Positions 1-10,049 of a stretch of 32,000 nucleotides of DNA are shown here, one piece after another (the stretch's first letter is position 1; each line of letters opens with the position of its first letter). This DNA is from Candidatus Baldrarchaeum yapensis (lineage in GTDB: Archaea; Asgardarchaeota; Baldrarchaeia; Baldrarchaeales; Baldrarchaeaceae): the NCBI GenBank assembly GCA_016840465.1, contig JAEOSH010000008.1, positions 1 to 32,000 of the forward strand. Direction: 5' to 3'. A program made the position numbers and the translations under genes. The notes under the pieces were generated by a model. The model ran no database searches, was not told the origin of the DNA, and was given only the letters and a program-made list of their open reading frames with translations.

Positions 1-31
1 TAAATTCAGATGAAGTTGTCAGGTGAGAGGG

Positions 32-1663
32 TTGGCTGAGGAAGTAATCTTCGTCAGGAAGGCTACTGGGCTAGTCAGAGAAGTTGGTCCATTCACAGCA
101 ATGAGCATCGTACTCTGCCACGTTATCGGTGGTGGTATTAACTTTTATTCGGTAAAAGCGTCCGTAACTGCACCTGGTGCTAACATCCACCTAGCATTCA
201 TCATTGCAGGCATTCCAACGCTCTGTCTGGGTCTGGCATTTGCCCTCATGGGCATCATGATGCCAAGAACCGGCGGCGACTACATCTTCGTAACCAGGGT
301 CCTAGACCCAACGGTCGGATTCCTGACCTCTTGGATGTTTTGGTTCACTGAAGCAATATCTTATGGAGTAATCGCATATTTGGACGTTGCATTCTGGGGT
401 CTCGGGGTCTGGATAGTCGGTCTTGCGTTCGGCGACCAGGGCCTTATGGATATAGGAAATTGGCTTATGAAAGCGTGGGATGTAGGATCAGTAGCTGGAC
501 TTGCCATAGGAGCACTTCTAGTAATAATATGGTGGATCATAGGACTGGTCGGTCTCAGAGTTTATGCCGCGATAATGAACATCGTCTTGATAATTCCCGC
601 TATCGGTAGCCTTATAACTCTTGGCCTCTTCGGATCTGCAATGCTCAACCCCGACCTGCCTGTAAAGATGTGGGAATCAAGATTCGGGACGGGATCCGTC
701 GAGAAAGTCTTCCAACTCGCAGAAGAACTGGGATGGGATCCTAACAAATACGCCTATGGTGCAAGCTGGCCAGGAACAATGGCAGCATCAATCGCTGCTA
801 CATGGGCGTTCATAGGATTCACCGCAACGGCCTTCGTAGGATCCGAGGTTAAACACCCAACGAGATCTATGTTAGTTGGTATGTTCGTTGGAACCCTGAT
901 GATCGCTGTTTACTACGTTGCTTTAACATTCATGATGTACGGCGCTTGGAACATTAATGGCAAGAACTTCATATCTGCGTACGCCTTCGCCTTCACGGAG
1001 AACTCATCAAAACTCTCCGCGGAGGCCCTCGGTGGGAAGCCTGCACCAATGCCATGCTTGCCACTCTTTGCAGCAATTTTAACGGACAACTTCGCTATAG
1101 CATTCTACGTCGCAATAACAGCGGCCTTCTGGCTGATGAATGACATTCCCGCATTCCTGCTAGTATGTAGTAGAACTGTCTTCGCATGGTCCTTTGATAG
1201 ATTCTTCCCAGAGATCTTTGCTGCCGTTAATGAGAGGTTCCACACACCACACTGGGCGGTGTCCATAAGTAGTATCATTGGAATAATTGGAGTCACCGGA
1301 TGCTATTTACCAATGTTAGGACCATGGTTCATGATGGTTGGGACAACGGTCTTCTGCATATTCAGGTACCTCTTTGATTGTCTCACTGGTATAATGGTAC
1401 CCTTCAAGAGACCCGAGATTTACGAGCGTGGACTCAAGATCGAGATCGCAGGAATTCCACTGATATCCATTGTTAGCTGGATTGCACTGGTGTTCTGGAG
1501 TTATATCTTCTGGTGGGCATGTTTAGAACTTGACCCGATGACAATCAACACCTACACTGTCTGGATCGCAATCGGTATGCTGATATTCTCAGGGTACTAT
1601 GTGTACAACAGGAAACGTGGAATCGATGTTGCATCGATCTACAGAGAGGTTCCACCAGCTTAA
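32..1663 (+). CDS. APC-family amino acid/polyamine permease
   Basis: About 12 hydrophobic segments. N-terminal FVRKATGLVREVG, MPRTGGDYIFVTRVL, GSEVKHP and SRTVFAWSFDRFFP...VNERFHTPHWA are typical of archaeal APC permeases. ORF track starts at 23; GGTGA (22-26) followed by TTG at 32 suggests the real start. Confidence 0.9.
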   Translation: MAEEVIFVRKATGLVREVGPFTAMSIVLCHVIGGGINFYSVKASVTAPGANIHLAFIIAGIPTLCLGLAFALMGIMMPRTGGDYIFVTRVLDPTVGFLTSWMFWFTEAISYGVIAYLDVAFWGLGVWIVGLAFGDQGLMDIGNWLMKAWDVGSVAGLAIGALLVIIWWIIGLVGLRVYAAIMNIVLIIPAIGSLITLGLFGSAMLNPDLPVKMWESRFGTGSVEKVFQLAEELGWDPNKYAYGASWPGTMAASIAATWAFIGFTATAFVGSEVKHPTRSMLVGMFVGTLMIAVYYVALTFMMYGAWNINGKNFISAYAFAFTENSSKLSAEALGGKPAPMPCLPLFAAILTDNFAIAFYVAITAAFWLMNDIPAFLLVCSRTVFAWSFDRFFPEIFAAVNERFHTPHWAVSISSIIGIIGVTGCYLPMLGPWFMMVGTTVFCIFRYLFDCLTGIMVPFKRPEIYERGLKIEIAGIPLISIVSWIALVFWSYIFWWACLELDPMTINTYTVWIAIGMLIFSGYYVYNRKRGIDVASIYREVPPA

Positions 1664-1688
1664 ATACAATTCCGCCCCCACAACATAG

Positions 1689-1721
1689 TTTTTAATTAAC
1701 TTAACCTCAATTTTTATTTTT
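1689..1721 (+). terminator. Putative oligo-T terminator after the APC permease
   Basis: T-tracts TTTTT (1689-1693) and TTTTTATTTTT (1711-1721) just downstream of the stop codon. Confidence 0.45.
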
Positions 1722-1982
1722 GAGTTCACTCGTTTTCTGTAGCAAATGAAGTATTATTCTCGGCTTGGGATCCGTTCTGGGAAACATCAACCATTACATT
1801 ATTTGGAACAGATGCTTTACGGGAATATAACTCTCATAATTCTCAAGGCATCCTTTTTTATCAGCAAGTTGCTGTATCTTAACAAAGAGTGCAAGATTTT
1901 AATTATAGCTTTCATCGGGCGTGACGATGATTTAATAAACGTCGTACTTTCCAATATGTTTAACGTCCAACGGAGTGTAGTG

Positions 1983-2153
1983 ATGTTCATATGCGAAGGT
2001 GTTCGAATTGCTGAGAAGGCCGCGCCAGCTTATGAAGAAGGTGAAGCAGAAGACGAAACCATTAGACAAGTTGAGATGTTTGAGTTCGCTGATCTCAATG
2101 ATAGATTCCTACAGAGCGATGGTCCTCGTGGCCCCAGAGAAGGTCGAGTATAG
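1983..2153 (+). CDS. Candidate small acidic protein (56 aa), or the true N-terminus of the next gene in a shifted frame
   Basis: MFICEGVRIAEKAAPAYEEGEAEDETIRQVEMFEFADLNDRF... About half of the codons from 2010 to 2150 start with G in this frame, which is coding-like. The overlapping 1999 frame lacks this bias until about 2116. Confidence 0.3.
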   Translation: MFICEGVRIAEKAAPAYEEGEAEDETIRQVEMFEFADLNDRFLQSDGPRGPREGRV

Positions 2154-2706
2154 AGCAGCGGAAAGTGGAATACCAGGGATAAGAAGCGAGGTCCGTGGGG
2201 TTATGCATGACATTAATAGAATAGTAAAGGCGATAAGAGCAGAGAGGAAATTGTACAATTTAATAAGACTATCATTGGTTCTTAAAATAGCAGCAGCGGC
2301 TCCATTGGTTGCGCTTCTTATAATATTGTTAATAGGCTGGCAGGGTGGTCAGACCCACTTGCTGAGGATTTTTACGATATTTCCGCTAATGGTATTATTC
2401 ATTGTAGTTCTTCCAAACGCGTTCCTAATATTTGATTACTTTGTTCGGATGCGTATAGCGGAGTTTAAGGGAAAAAAAGTAAGAGGAGTCCAGAGAAGTG
2501 TCGAGAGATTAAGAGATACAGCACAGAGGCTAATCTTCAAGTTAAATATCTTAACGGAGAGATGGGGAGTCGACCCGGAAAAAGTAACAATAAGATTATA
2601 TCACTCGGATTATGATGGCATTTTGATAAAGAAGAAGCCGTCCTTTTTACTTCCATATTACGTTGCAGTTCCCGTACTAGGTGGAGAAAGTGAAGAGGAG
2701 GCATGA
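1999..2706 (+). CDS. Hypothetical membrane protein with 2 TM helices; start uncertain (2008, 2119 or later)
   Basis: Two hydrophobic stretches (LSLVLKIAAAAPLVALLIILLIGW; IFTIFPLMVLFIVVLPNAFLIFDYF) followed by a basic soluble C-terminus. Confidence 0.7.
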   Translation: MFELLRRPRQLMKKVKQKTKPLDKLRCLSSLISMIDSYRAMVLVAPEKVEYRAAESGIPGIRSEVRGVMHDINRIVKAIRAERKLYNLIRLSLVLKIAAAAPLVALLIILLIGWQGGQTHLLRIFTIFPLMVLFIVVLPNAFLIFDYFVRMRIAEFKGKKVRGVQRSVERLRDTAQRLIFKLNILTERWGVDPEKVTIRLYHSDYDGILIKKKPSFLLPYYVAVPVLGGESEEEA

Positions 2707-3565
2707 ACATTTACTAGAACCCGAAGTACCGTACGAAGAGGAGGATGAATTGAAATTCGAAGAGGAGGAAAAAAGAGCAATGGTATTAATAGACCTAGGC
2801 CACGATGAACTTTTTGCAACGGGTATTGGCAGAATGCCGGGAATAATCGCGGGGGTTGTAGCGGGGGGGAGACCTTTCGTTAATTGGTTGATACACCATA
2901 GAGATTATGAGGTTGCCTTAACTGAACATCGTCTATCTAGGTCGTTGCTATCTGACTGGGACATTCTCCTTATAATAAATCCATCAGGAGATAAAGAGTT
3001 CTTTCCCGAGGAAGTGGACGCAATATTAGAATGGGTGAAAGGAGGAGGTTGTTTGCTATTTGCGAGGCCAATCGGAAAAAACATGTTAGAGTCCTTCACG
3101 AGGAAAATAGGGCTCATATTCACCCGCAGGAAACTCTCCCAACCTTACTTTTTTGCCGATATTAACGACAGGATAATGAAGCAAGATCCCGAGGCATACG
3201 GTAAGATCAAAGAATTACTGAATGAGCATTTCATAAATAAGGGAGTGCCTGTTGTTGCCGAGGGCCCGTATAAGTCGAAATTGTACCCCTACGCCATAGA
3301 GGTGGATGATAACTGGAAGGTCATAGGAGTTGGAATTGGAGAGAGGGGAAATCCTGAGGTTGTTGCTGCAGTTAGGGAGTTTGGAAACGGTGCAATAGTT
3401 GCCCTAGGGATGATGTACATATTTTATACTTGGAACTTCTGGTTACGAAATGAAAAGTATGAAAGGGATCCACGTGCAACTCTCAGAACGGTTACGTTCT
3501 TTAATAGAATCTTTGACTATTTTGACATAATCGTCGAAAGGAAAAAAGCGAAACAACGTGAGTGA
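2681..3565 (+). CDS. Class I glutamine amidotransferase-like fold protein (DUF4350/GIFT-like)
   Basis: VLIDLGHDE, WDILLIINPSGDKEFFPEEVDAILEWVKGGGCLLF and VAAVREFGNGAIVALG match the GldG/IFT52/DUF4350-type pattern. The start may be ATG 2779. Confidence 0.65.
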   Translation: MEKVKRRHEHLLEPEVPYEEEDELKFEEEEKRAMVLIDLGHDELFATGIGRMPGIIAGVVAGGRPFVNWLIHHRDYEVALTEHRLSRSLLSDWDILLIINPSGDKEFFPEEVDAILEWVKGGGCLLFARPIGKNMLESFTRKIGLIFTRRKLSQPYFFADINDRIMKQDPEAYGKIKELLNEHFINKGVPVVAEGPYKSKLYPYAIEVDDNWKVIGVGIGERGNPEVVAAVREFGNGAIVALGMMYIFYTWNFWLRNEKYERDPRATLRTVTFFNRIFDYFDIIVERKKAKQRE

Positions 3566-4055
3566 TAGGAAGAATAAAACATCATCCGTTTTTTCAAGAC
3601 ATAATTTGACAATAATCTCTTTTTCATCTTTGTAAAATTACGATCCTAGTTTTTATGTACACATCATCATCATTTTGCTTCTATTCGTTTCTTAGCATGC
3701 TTTTGCGAAACCGAGTCATCATAGAAGCACATCTTTGCAAGATCTCTATAAGAACGATTGAGAAGCATAAGAGTGATGGCTCAACTTTATTGCCTAGATT
3801 GATGAAATATGAGATGGTTGGTGGGTGATATGGATGGATCTGAACATTATGTTTTGACAGAAAAGGAGACCAGCAAATCTCCGATTAAAAATACAAAAGA
3901 GGGATTCGATGGCATCCAAAAAATCAATTCTGACTTTTACGAGGAAGAAAATACTATTTGAGTGGTACATAGGACAATTTTGAAGCGAGGCGAGTAATTT
4001 GGGGAAAGTTTCTGCAAAATTTTTCAAAAATCACGTAATATCCACGGAATATTAC

Positions 4056-5126
4056 ATGGAAGACGAAATACGTCGTTACGGTGCTAAGGTACTGAGCTTA
4101 GTGTGGTGCAGTAGAGATTTTGCTAGAATGATGGGAAATGAGAACCCTTACGGTCCCTCGTCTAAGGTTATAGAGGCAATAAAGCGATCAATTCATGAAA
4201 TCTATAGGTACCCTGAGCCCACTTATATTCGTTTGCTGGAAAAACTTTCGGAATACGTGGGTGTAGGAAAAGAAAATATCCTAATAGGCGCCGGCTCAAT
4301 GGAACTCATAGATAGTACTCTCAGAGCGTTCATCGACCCGAATGATGAGGTCGTGCTCTCAGCTCCGACCTACAAACCCTACCTTCTAAGGATAAGGATC
4401 TGCGGCGGAAAACCAGTACTGATACCTATGAGAAGGCTACCTCACGAATTTCGTTACGACGTTGAGGGAATGCTAGAGGCGGTGACTCCTCGCACGAAGG
4501 CTGTAGTGATAATAAATCCTAACAACCCGACGGGCGCGCTCATGGATGGGAAGAGAATAGAGGAATTCCTCGACAAGGAGGTATTGGTAATGGTTGACGA
4601 AGCATATTTTGAATTTTCGGGAAAGACAGTTGCGCATCTTGCACCTGAAAATGAAAATCTGATAGTTCTGAGGTCCATGTCCAAGGCATTCGGCATAGCG
4701 GGCCTAAGAGTTGGTTACGCAATCATGCACCCTAAAGTTGCTGATTATATTCGACGAGTCCAGTTACCATTCCGATTGTCAGAATTGAGCGCTGCGGCCG
4801 CACTCGCCGCACTCGAAGATCTCGATTACATGCGAGAAACTGTAAAGAAGATAGTTGACGAAAGAGAGAGACTATTTGATGAATTGAAGAAGATAAACGG
4901 GCTTCATCCCTACAAGTCCAATGCTAACTTCATACTTGTCGGAGTTAAGCGGAAAGACGTGACAGCAGGTCAACTATCCTCTAAATTGTTGTCGAGAGGA
5001 GTAATTGTGAGGGATTTCACGGGAGCGCCGGGGCTCGAGGACGGCTCCTATTTCAGGGTGAGTGTAAGCACTCCGGAGAATAATGCTAAATTGGTGAATG
5101 CACTAAAGGGAATACTGGGAGAGTGA
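4056..5126 (+). CDS. hisC: PLP-dependent class I/II aminotransferase, histidinol-phosphate aminotransferase family
   Basis: NENPYGPS, INPNNPTG, VDEAYFEF, RSMSKAFGIAGLRVGY (PLP Lys) and SNANFILV. No other his genes are in the window, so the substrate is uncertain. Confidence 0.75.
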   Translation: MEDEIRRYGAKVLSLVWCSRDFARMMGNENPYGPSSKVIEAIKRSIHEIYRYPEPTYIRLLEKLSEYVGVGKENILIGAGSMELIDSTLRAFIDPNDEVVLSAPTYKPYLLRIRICGGKPVLIPMRRLPHEFRYDVEGMLEAVTPRTKAVVIINPNNPTGALMDGKRIEEFLDKEVLVMVDEAYFEFSGKTVAHLAPENENLIVLRSMSKAFGIAGLRVGYAIMHPKVADYIRRVQLPFRLSELSAAAALAALEDLDYMRETVKKIVDERERLFDELKKINGLHPYKSNANFILVGVKRKDVTAGQLSSKLLSRGVIVRDFTGAPGLEDGSYFRVSVSTPENNAKLVNALKGILGE

Positions 5127-5131
5127 TTGAC

Positions 5132-6670
5132 ATGCCCGAGAAATATCTTCTCGCGTACGACATAGGTACGGGAGGTACGAAAACAACACTCGTGAGCGTG
5201 GATGGAGAAGTTATAGGATCAACGATAAAGGAGTATCCTGTTCATTACCCCCAGCCGGGATGGGCGGAACAGGATCCTGAGGACTGGTGGAAGGCAATAG
5301 TGGAGGGAACACGTGAGGTCTTGCAGAGGACGGGTATCAATCCATCCGACATTGCGGGTATAAGTTTCGATGCTCAGATGATAAATGTCATCCCGGTGGA
5401 TGAAAAAGGCAGGCCACTTCGTCGATCAATAATATGGTTAGACGCAAGAGCGGGCGAGGAGTCTAGGGAATTGGAAGAAATGGTCCCGGTTATTTTGATG
5501 GCAAAGGAAGGTCTTCTTCCCATGACATCAGCGAAGGACGTGATGCCCAAGATTCTGTGGATAAAGAAGCATGAGCCAAAAATATTTGAGAAAGCGCGGA
5601 AATTTGTGGACTGTAAGGATTACATAATTTTTAAGATGACCGGAGAGTTTCATATCGACTGGTCATGCGCTTTTCTCACCGGGATGTTCAACCTCTACAC
5701 GAAGGATTGGTATGATGACATTCTGGAGTACATTGGCATAACGAGAGAGAATCTTCCAAAATTGGCAAAAACGACGGATATCGTCGGAACATTAACCTCC
5801 GAAGCAGCAAAAGAATTAGATCTTGTTGAGGGAATTCCGATAATTTGTGGCACTGGGGACATACAAGCAACGGCACTGGGATCTGGGGCAGTGGGGATCG
5901 GGGAGGCACACGTTTACATAGGATCATCTTCATGGGTCTGTGTACACACGAGTTTTGATATGTATACGCTTGATGCAGAAACAGGTATGGGCACAATACT
6001 GTCGGGAGATCCGTCGAAGTTGATACTTACCGGAGAAATGGAGAGTTCTGGGGCATGCTACAAGTGGTTCAAAGAGAACTTGGCAGCAGAGGAGAGAATT
6101 GAAGCGGAAAAAAGGAATATAAGCGTATATAGGATTTTAGACGAAGAAGCATCGAAAGTACCCCCCGGATCCGACAAACTGATCTTCCTTCCGTGGATGC
6201 TAGGAGAACGCGCACCGCTTCAGGATCATACCGTCCGAGGGGGCTTCATAAACCTAAGTTTGAGGCATACTAGAGCCCACATGGTCAGAGCAATACTCGA
6301 GGGAGTCGCCTACCATTTGAGATGGATTGTCGATTGTATGGAGAGGTTAGGCTTCAAGATACCTCAACTTAACGCGTGTGGAGGTGGCGCGATGAGTCCT
6401 CTCTGGATGCAGATACTCGCGGACGTCATAAACAGACCAATAAGAGTGATACATAAACCACTGGAGGGATCATCCCTCGGGGCTGCTATGATCGGCGCCG
6501 TAGGTCTCGGCATATGTAAGAACTTTGAAGAGGCAGCAGACAGGTTTGTGAAAATAGAAAGGGAATATTTGCCGAGAGAGGAGAATCGCGCAGTGTACGA
6601 CGAACTTTATGAGGCGTTCAAGGAAATATACCGAAGGCTGTACACGCTATTCTATGATCTGAACGAGTAG
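5132..6670 (+). CDS. FGGY-family carbohydrate kinase (xylulokinase-like)
   Basis: AYDIGTGGTKT, YPQPGWAEQDPEDWW, IIWLDARA, GTGDIQATALGSG, FLPWMLGERAP, RAILEGVAY and GGGAMSPLWMQILADV. Confidence 0.92.
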   Translation: MPEKYLLAYDIGTGGTKTTLVSVDGEVIGSTIKEYPVHYPQPGWAEQDPEDWWKAIVEGTREVLQRTGINPSDIAGISFDAQMINVIPVDEKGRPLRRSIIWLDARAGEESRELEEMVPVILMAKEGLLPMTSAKDVMPKILWIKKHEPKIFEKARKFVDCKDYIIFKMTGEFHIDWSCAFLTGMFNLYTKDWYDDILEYIGITRENLPKLAKTTDIVGTLTSEAAKELDLVEGIPIICGTGDIQATALGSGAVGIGEAHVYIGSSSWVCVHTSFDMYTLDAETGMGTILSGDPSKLILTGEMESSGACYKWFKENLAAEERIEAEKRNISVYRILDEEASKVPPGSDKLIFLPWMLGERAPLQDHTVRGGFINLSLRHTRAHMVRAILEGVAYHLRWIVDCMERLGFKIPQLNACGGGAMSPLWMQILADVINRPIRVIHKPLEGSSLGAAMIGAVGLGICKNFEEAADRFVKIEREYLPREENRAVYDELYEAFKEIYRRLYTLFYDLNE

Positions 6671-6679
6671 GTGTCTATA

Positions 6680-7231
6680 ATGCCTATTTACGAGTTCAGA
6701 GGTAAAAAACCGAAGATTGACAAGACGGCGTTTGTACATCCCGATGCGGTGATAATAGGGGATGTGGTGATAGGCTCTAAGGTGTTCATAGCTCCATGCG
6801 CCGTTTTAAGGGGAGATAACAATAGAATAACGATAGGAGAATGTAGCAACGTTCAGGATAATGTTGTGATACATACAGAGCCTGAATTTGAAACAATAAT
6901 TGGAAGGTACGTGAATATAGGACATGGCGCTGTGATACATGCTCACATTATCGAGGATTACGTAGCAATAGGAATGAATGCCGTTCTTGACTACAAATCG
7001 ATAGTAAGAAGGGGCGCAATCGTTGGAAACGGCGCCGTTGTGACGGCATTTGAAGAAGTGCCGGAAGACACAATAGTCGTAGGAGTCCCGGCTCGTCCGC
7101 TGAGGAAGGTAAAGGGCGACGACGATCCGGCAAGAGCAAAGATAAGAGAGTTCGTAAACCGGTATCTCAAATTTACTGAGGAGTACAGGAAGTATTTACG
7201 TCAGGTGCGGTTAGAAGAAGTAACCGTCTAG
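6680..7231 (+). CDS. Gamma-carbonic anhydrase family / left-handed beta-helix protein (YrdA/CaiE-like)
   Basis: Hexapeptide repeats, AVLRGDNNRITIGECSNVQDNVVIH and IGHGAVIH; the three metal-binding His are present. Confidence 0.9.
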   Translation: MPIYEFRGKKPKIDKTAFVHPDAVIIGDVVIGSKVFIAPCAVLRGDNNRITIGECSNVQDNVVIHTEPEFETIIGRYVNIGHGAVIHAHIIEDYVAIGMNAVLDYKSIVRRGAIVGNGAVVTAFEEVPEDTIVVGVPARPLRKVKGDDDPARAKIREFVNRYLKFTEEYRKYLRQVRLEEVTV

Positions 7232-7250
7232 GCAAATCGGTGCATAGTAT

Positions 7251-8594
7251 ATGAAGAAGGTTGCAGTGCTGGGTGGGGGTTTAGCAGGCACATACCTCTC
7301 ATTGAAACTAAAAGAGCGTTTTCCTGGAATCGAAGTTATAGTGTTCGAAAAGGAGAAAAACCCGTCGGGCCTTCTGAGAACAGAGATTATAAATGGGCAC
7401 GTCTTCGACACGGGCGGTTCTCATATTATTTTTTCAAGAAATAGAGAAATACTATCGGAAATGTTAAGCTATCTCGGAAATAACATTGTGAGACACAAAC
7501 GTGACACGAGAATCCTTATAGACGGAGAATTTGTGAAATATCCTCTCGAAAATCACATTTATATGCTAAAACCCGAGGATAGGGCAGAAGCGGTAATAGG
7601 ATTTGTAAGAGTATTATTAAAGAGAGCCAAAATGCCGAAATGGCACCCAAAGAACTTATTGGAATGGATAACAATGTTCTTCGGAGATGGAATGGCGAAC
7701 CTGTACCTAATACCGTATAATGAGAAAATATGGAAGCGGAGGCTCACCGAAATCTCAGCAGATTGGGTGTACAAACCGGGGCGACTTCCCATACCCCACT
7801 GGGAGGATGTCTTAAAGGCCGCGGTTGGCATACCTACTGAAGGCTACGTCGAACAATCCACTTTTTACTACCCCAAAACTGGCGGAATACAAGCGTTCTA
7901 CGAGGGCATTAGGAAAAGGGCAGAACATCAGGGAGTTAAGTTTCTAAACAGTACCTACGTGAGAGAAATAAAAGAAAGAAACGGCAAATGGGCAATTAAC
8001 GGCAAATACGTTGTTGATAAAGTGTTTTCAACCATACCATTAGCAGAGCTTACCTATGCGCTTGACGCTCCTGATGATGTTATTAAAGCAGCACAAGATC
8101 TCGACTATAACCAGTTACTCGTAATAGGCGTTGCTCTAAAAAGGCAGACTCCTCATAGTTACCACTGGGTCTACGTTCCCGATAGAAAGATAATATTTCA
8201 CCGATATGCCTACATAAGCAATTATTCTCCTGAAAACTCCCCACCTGGTAGAGGAAGTATACTCATAGAGGTAACGATACCGAGAACCCGAAAACTGACG
8301 GATGAAGACGTCTTGAATATTAAAGAGCAGGCCATAGAGGGGCTTATAGATTTAGAGATCATAAAACCGAGTGACATAGCATTTGTAAAATGTTGGTATA
8401 ACAAATACGGCTACCCTGTGTACACATTAGGACATGAGAGAGCGCGTTCAAAGGTTTTCGATTATCTGGAAAGTATCGGGATAGAGAGTGTCGGCAGATG
8501 GGGCTCGTGGCACTATTGGAATATGGATCGAGTATTAATGGCGGTGAGGGAACTATTAAGCAGAGTATCGTCCAATTTGCATGAGCAGGAATGA
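7251..8594 (+). CDS. FAD-dependent oxidoreductase (protoporphyrinogen oxidase / UDP-galactopyranose mutase-like family)
   Basis: GGGLAG dinucleotide-binding motif, FDTGGSHIIF, PYNEKIW, FYYPKTGG and GRWGSWHYWNMD. Confidence 0.8.
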   Translation: MKKVAVLGGGLAGTYLSLKLKERFPGIEVIVFEKEKNPSGLLRTEIINGHVFDTGGSHIIFSRNREILSEMLSYLGNNIVRHKRDTRILIDGEFVKYPLENHIYMLKPEDRAEAVIGFVRVLLKRAKMPKWHPKNLLEWITMFFGDGMANLYLIPYNEKIWKRRLTEISADWVYKPGRLPIPHWEDVLKAAVGIPTEGYVEQSTFYYPKTGGIQAFYEGIRKRAEHQGVKFLNSTYVREIKERNGKWAINGKYVVDKVFSTIPLAELTYALDAPDDVIKAAQDLDYNQLLVIGVALKRQTPHSYHWVYVPDRKIIFHRYAYISNYSPENSPPGRGSILIEVTIPRTRKLTDEDVLNIKEQAIEGLIDLEIIKPSDIAFVKCWYNKYGYPVYTLGHERARSKVFDYLESIGIESVGRWGSWHYWNMDRVLMAVRELLSRVSSNLHEQE

Positions 8595-9877
8595 TGGTGG
8601 TAGTCATGCAAGCAGAGCAACAAGAGCGTCCGAAAATTTACATCGGGGCATGCGGCATAGGACATGGGCACATTCGTAGAATGTTATATTTTGCAAGAGA
8701 AGTAAGGAATTTCGCTAGAATTCTCTTTTCCACGTATGGAGATGGGATCCCGCCGTTAAGGAGGGAAGGGATGAGATTTGTTGAGTGCCCACCAATAGAA
8801 CTTGAGTATGGAGGGCCTCAGATAAAGATAGAACCCCGTTTATTCTTGGCAAAGATCCCGCAGAAGCTATTCAGGTTCTTCCTCCAAATTCTTTGGGAAA
8901 TAAGGCACATTAAAATGTTCAGACCAGATCTAGTAATTTCGGACACGCGACTTTCAACAATAGTAGCAGCAAGGATACTCGGAGTTCCAAGCATTCTAGT
9001 GGCAGATCAGTTGCACATAATCATTCCGAGTAGGGACGAAAAACTTCTCCCACGGTGGAAACTTTTATTGAAGAGGTTTGCAGAGCAGGTCATAGCAATA
9101 ATAATGTTAAAATTGTGGAGTTTGTCCAATAAAATTGTCATACCGGACCTCCCGCCACCCTATGACCTCTCTCGTGATATACACAAATTCGCTTTACGAT
9201 ATATACGGAGGAAATTGGCGTTCATAGGGCCGATGTTATCAAGGCGCATAAGGCTATCTAAAGTCGATAACAAGGATTTCCTCCGAGAGAAATATGACGT
9301 GTCGAAAAACAAAGTTTTAGTGTACATTTTGATAAGTGGGGCAAGATACGAGCGTGCTCTGATGATACGTGCAATTAAGCGATTATTGCAGTCTAAGCGC
9401 TCCCTAGATGATATGCTCGAGTTTATAATTTCGTTGGGCAATCCTAAAGGAACCCTTAGAAGGAGAATTGGGAAAAACTTCCAAATATGGTCTTGGATCC
9501 CCGACAATTTGGAGGTTATTGCGATATCCGATGTTGCCGTGATAATGGCAGGACCGATGACTATGTATGAGGTCCTCTTCTTCGGAAAACCGATAATTGC
9601 AATACCATTTCCTCAGCACACACAGAAAGAAGCTAATGCTTGCATGTTGGAGGAGTTGGGCGTGGGTAGAGTTTTAAGAATCGATGACTTCAATTACGAT
9701 GAAATAAGTAAGCAGGCGCTCGAACTTGTGAAAAGTGCACCGACTTCAAAGTTAGAGAAAATAAGAAAACTAATAGAGTTGTTTGATGGCGTCGAAAAAC
9801 TGACAGCGTTGGTAAGAGATATGCTTAAAGCAAATGTGGGTCAAGAAAGTCGTAAGGTGAACGCCGGTGATAAGTAA
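8591..9877 (+). CDS. GT-B fold glycosyltransferase, GT28/MJ1255-like (copy 1)
   Basis: ACGIGHGH, FRPDLVISD, PDLPPPY and IMAGPMTMYEVLFFGKPIIAIPFPQHTQKEANA. ATGA overlap with the upstream gene. Confidence 0.85.
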   Translation: MMVVVMQAEQQERPKIYIGACGIGHGHIRRMLYFAREVRNFARILFSTYGDGIPPLRREGMRFVECPPIELEYGGPQIKIEPRLFLAKIPQKLFRFFLQILWEIRHIKMFRPDLVISDTRLSTIVAARILGVPSILVADQLHIIIPSRDEKLLPRWKLLLKRFAEQVIAIIMLKLWSLSNKIVIPDLPPPYDLSRDIHKFALRYIRRKLAFIGPMLSRRIRLSKVDNKDFLREKYDVSKNKVLVYILISGARYERALMIRAIKRLLQSKRSLDDMLEFIISLGNPKGTLRRRIGKNFQIWSWIPDNLEVIAISDVAVIMAGPMTMYEVLFFGKPIIAIPFPQHTQKEANACMLEELGVGRVLRIDDFNYDEISKQALELVKSAPTSKLEKIRKLIELFDGVEKLTALVRDMLKANVGQESRKVNAGDK

Positions 9878-9964
9878 ACAAAGCTGATAATAAGACCTCT
9901 TTGCACACGAAAACGCTGAGAAAGTCGACATAAGTCAATCGGTTATGGGGAGAGCCGATCACGC

Positions 9965-10049
9965 GGGTGGTCGTATGAAGAGGGTGAAGACGGGGATACC
10001 CGGCATGGATGAAATACTCCACGGCGGCTTCCCCAAACGCAATGTAATC
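9965..10049 (+). repeat. 85-bp direct repeat, copy 1 (RBS plus first 25 codons of the kaiC-like gene)
   Basis: Identical to 11589-11673 except at 10001 (C vs T) and 10046 (A vs C). Confidence 0.97.

Noticed and set aside
1746-1982. 5' part of the 135-aa ORF 1746-2153
   Set aside because: AT-rich, promoter-like composition with no coding bias; only the 3' part looks coding.
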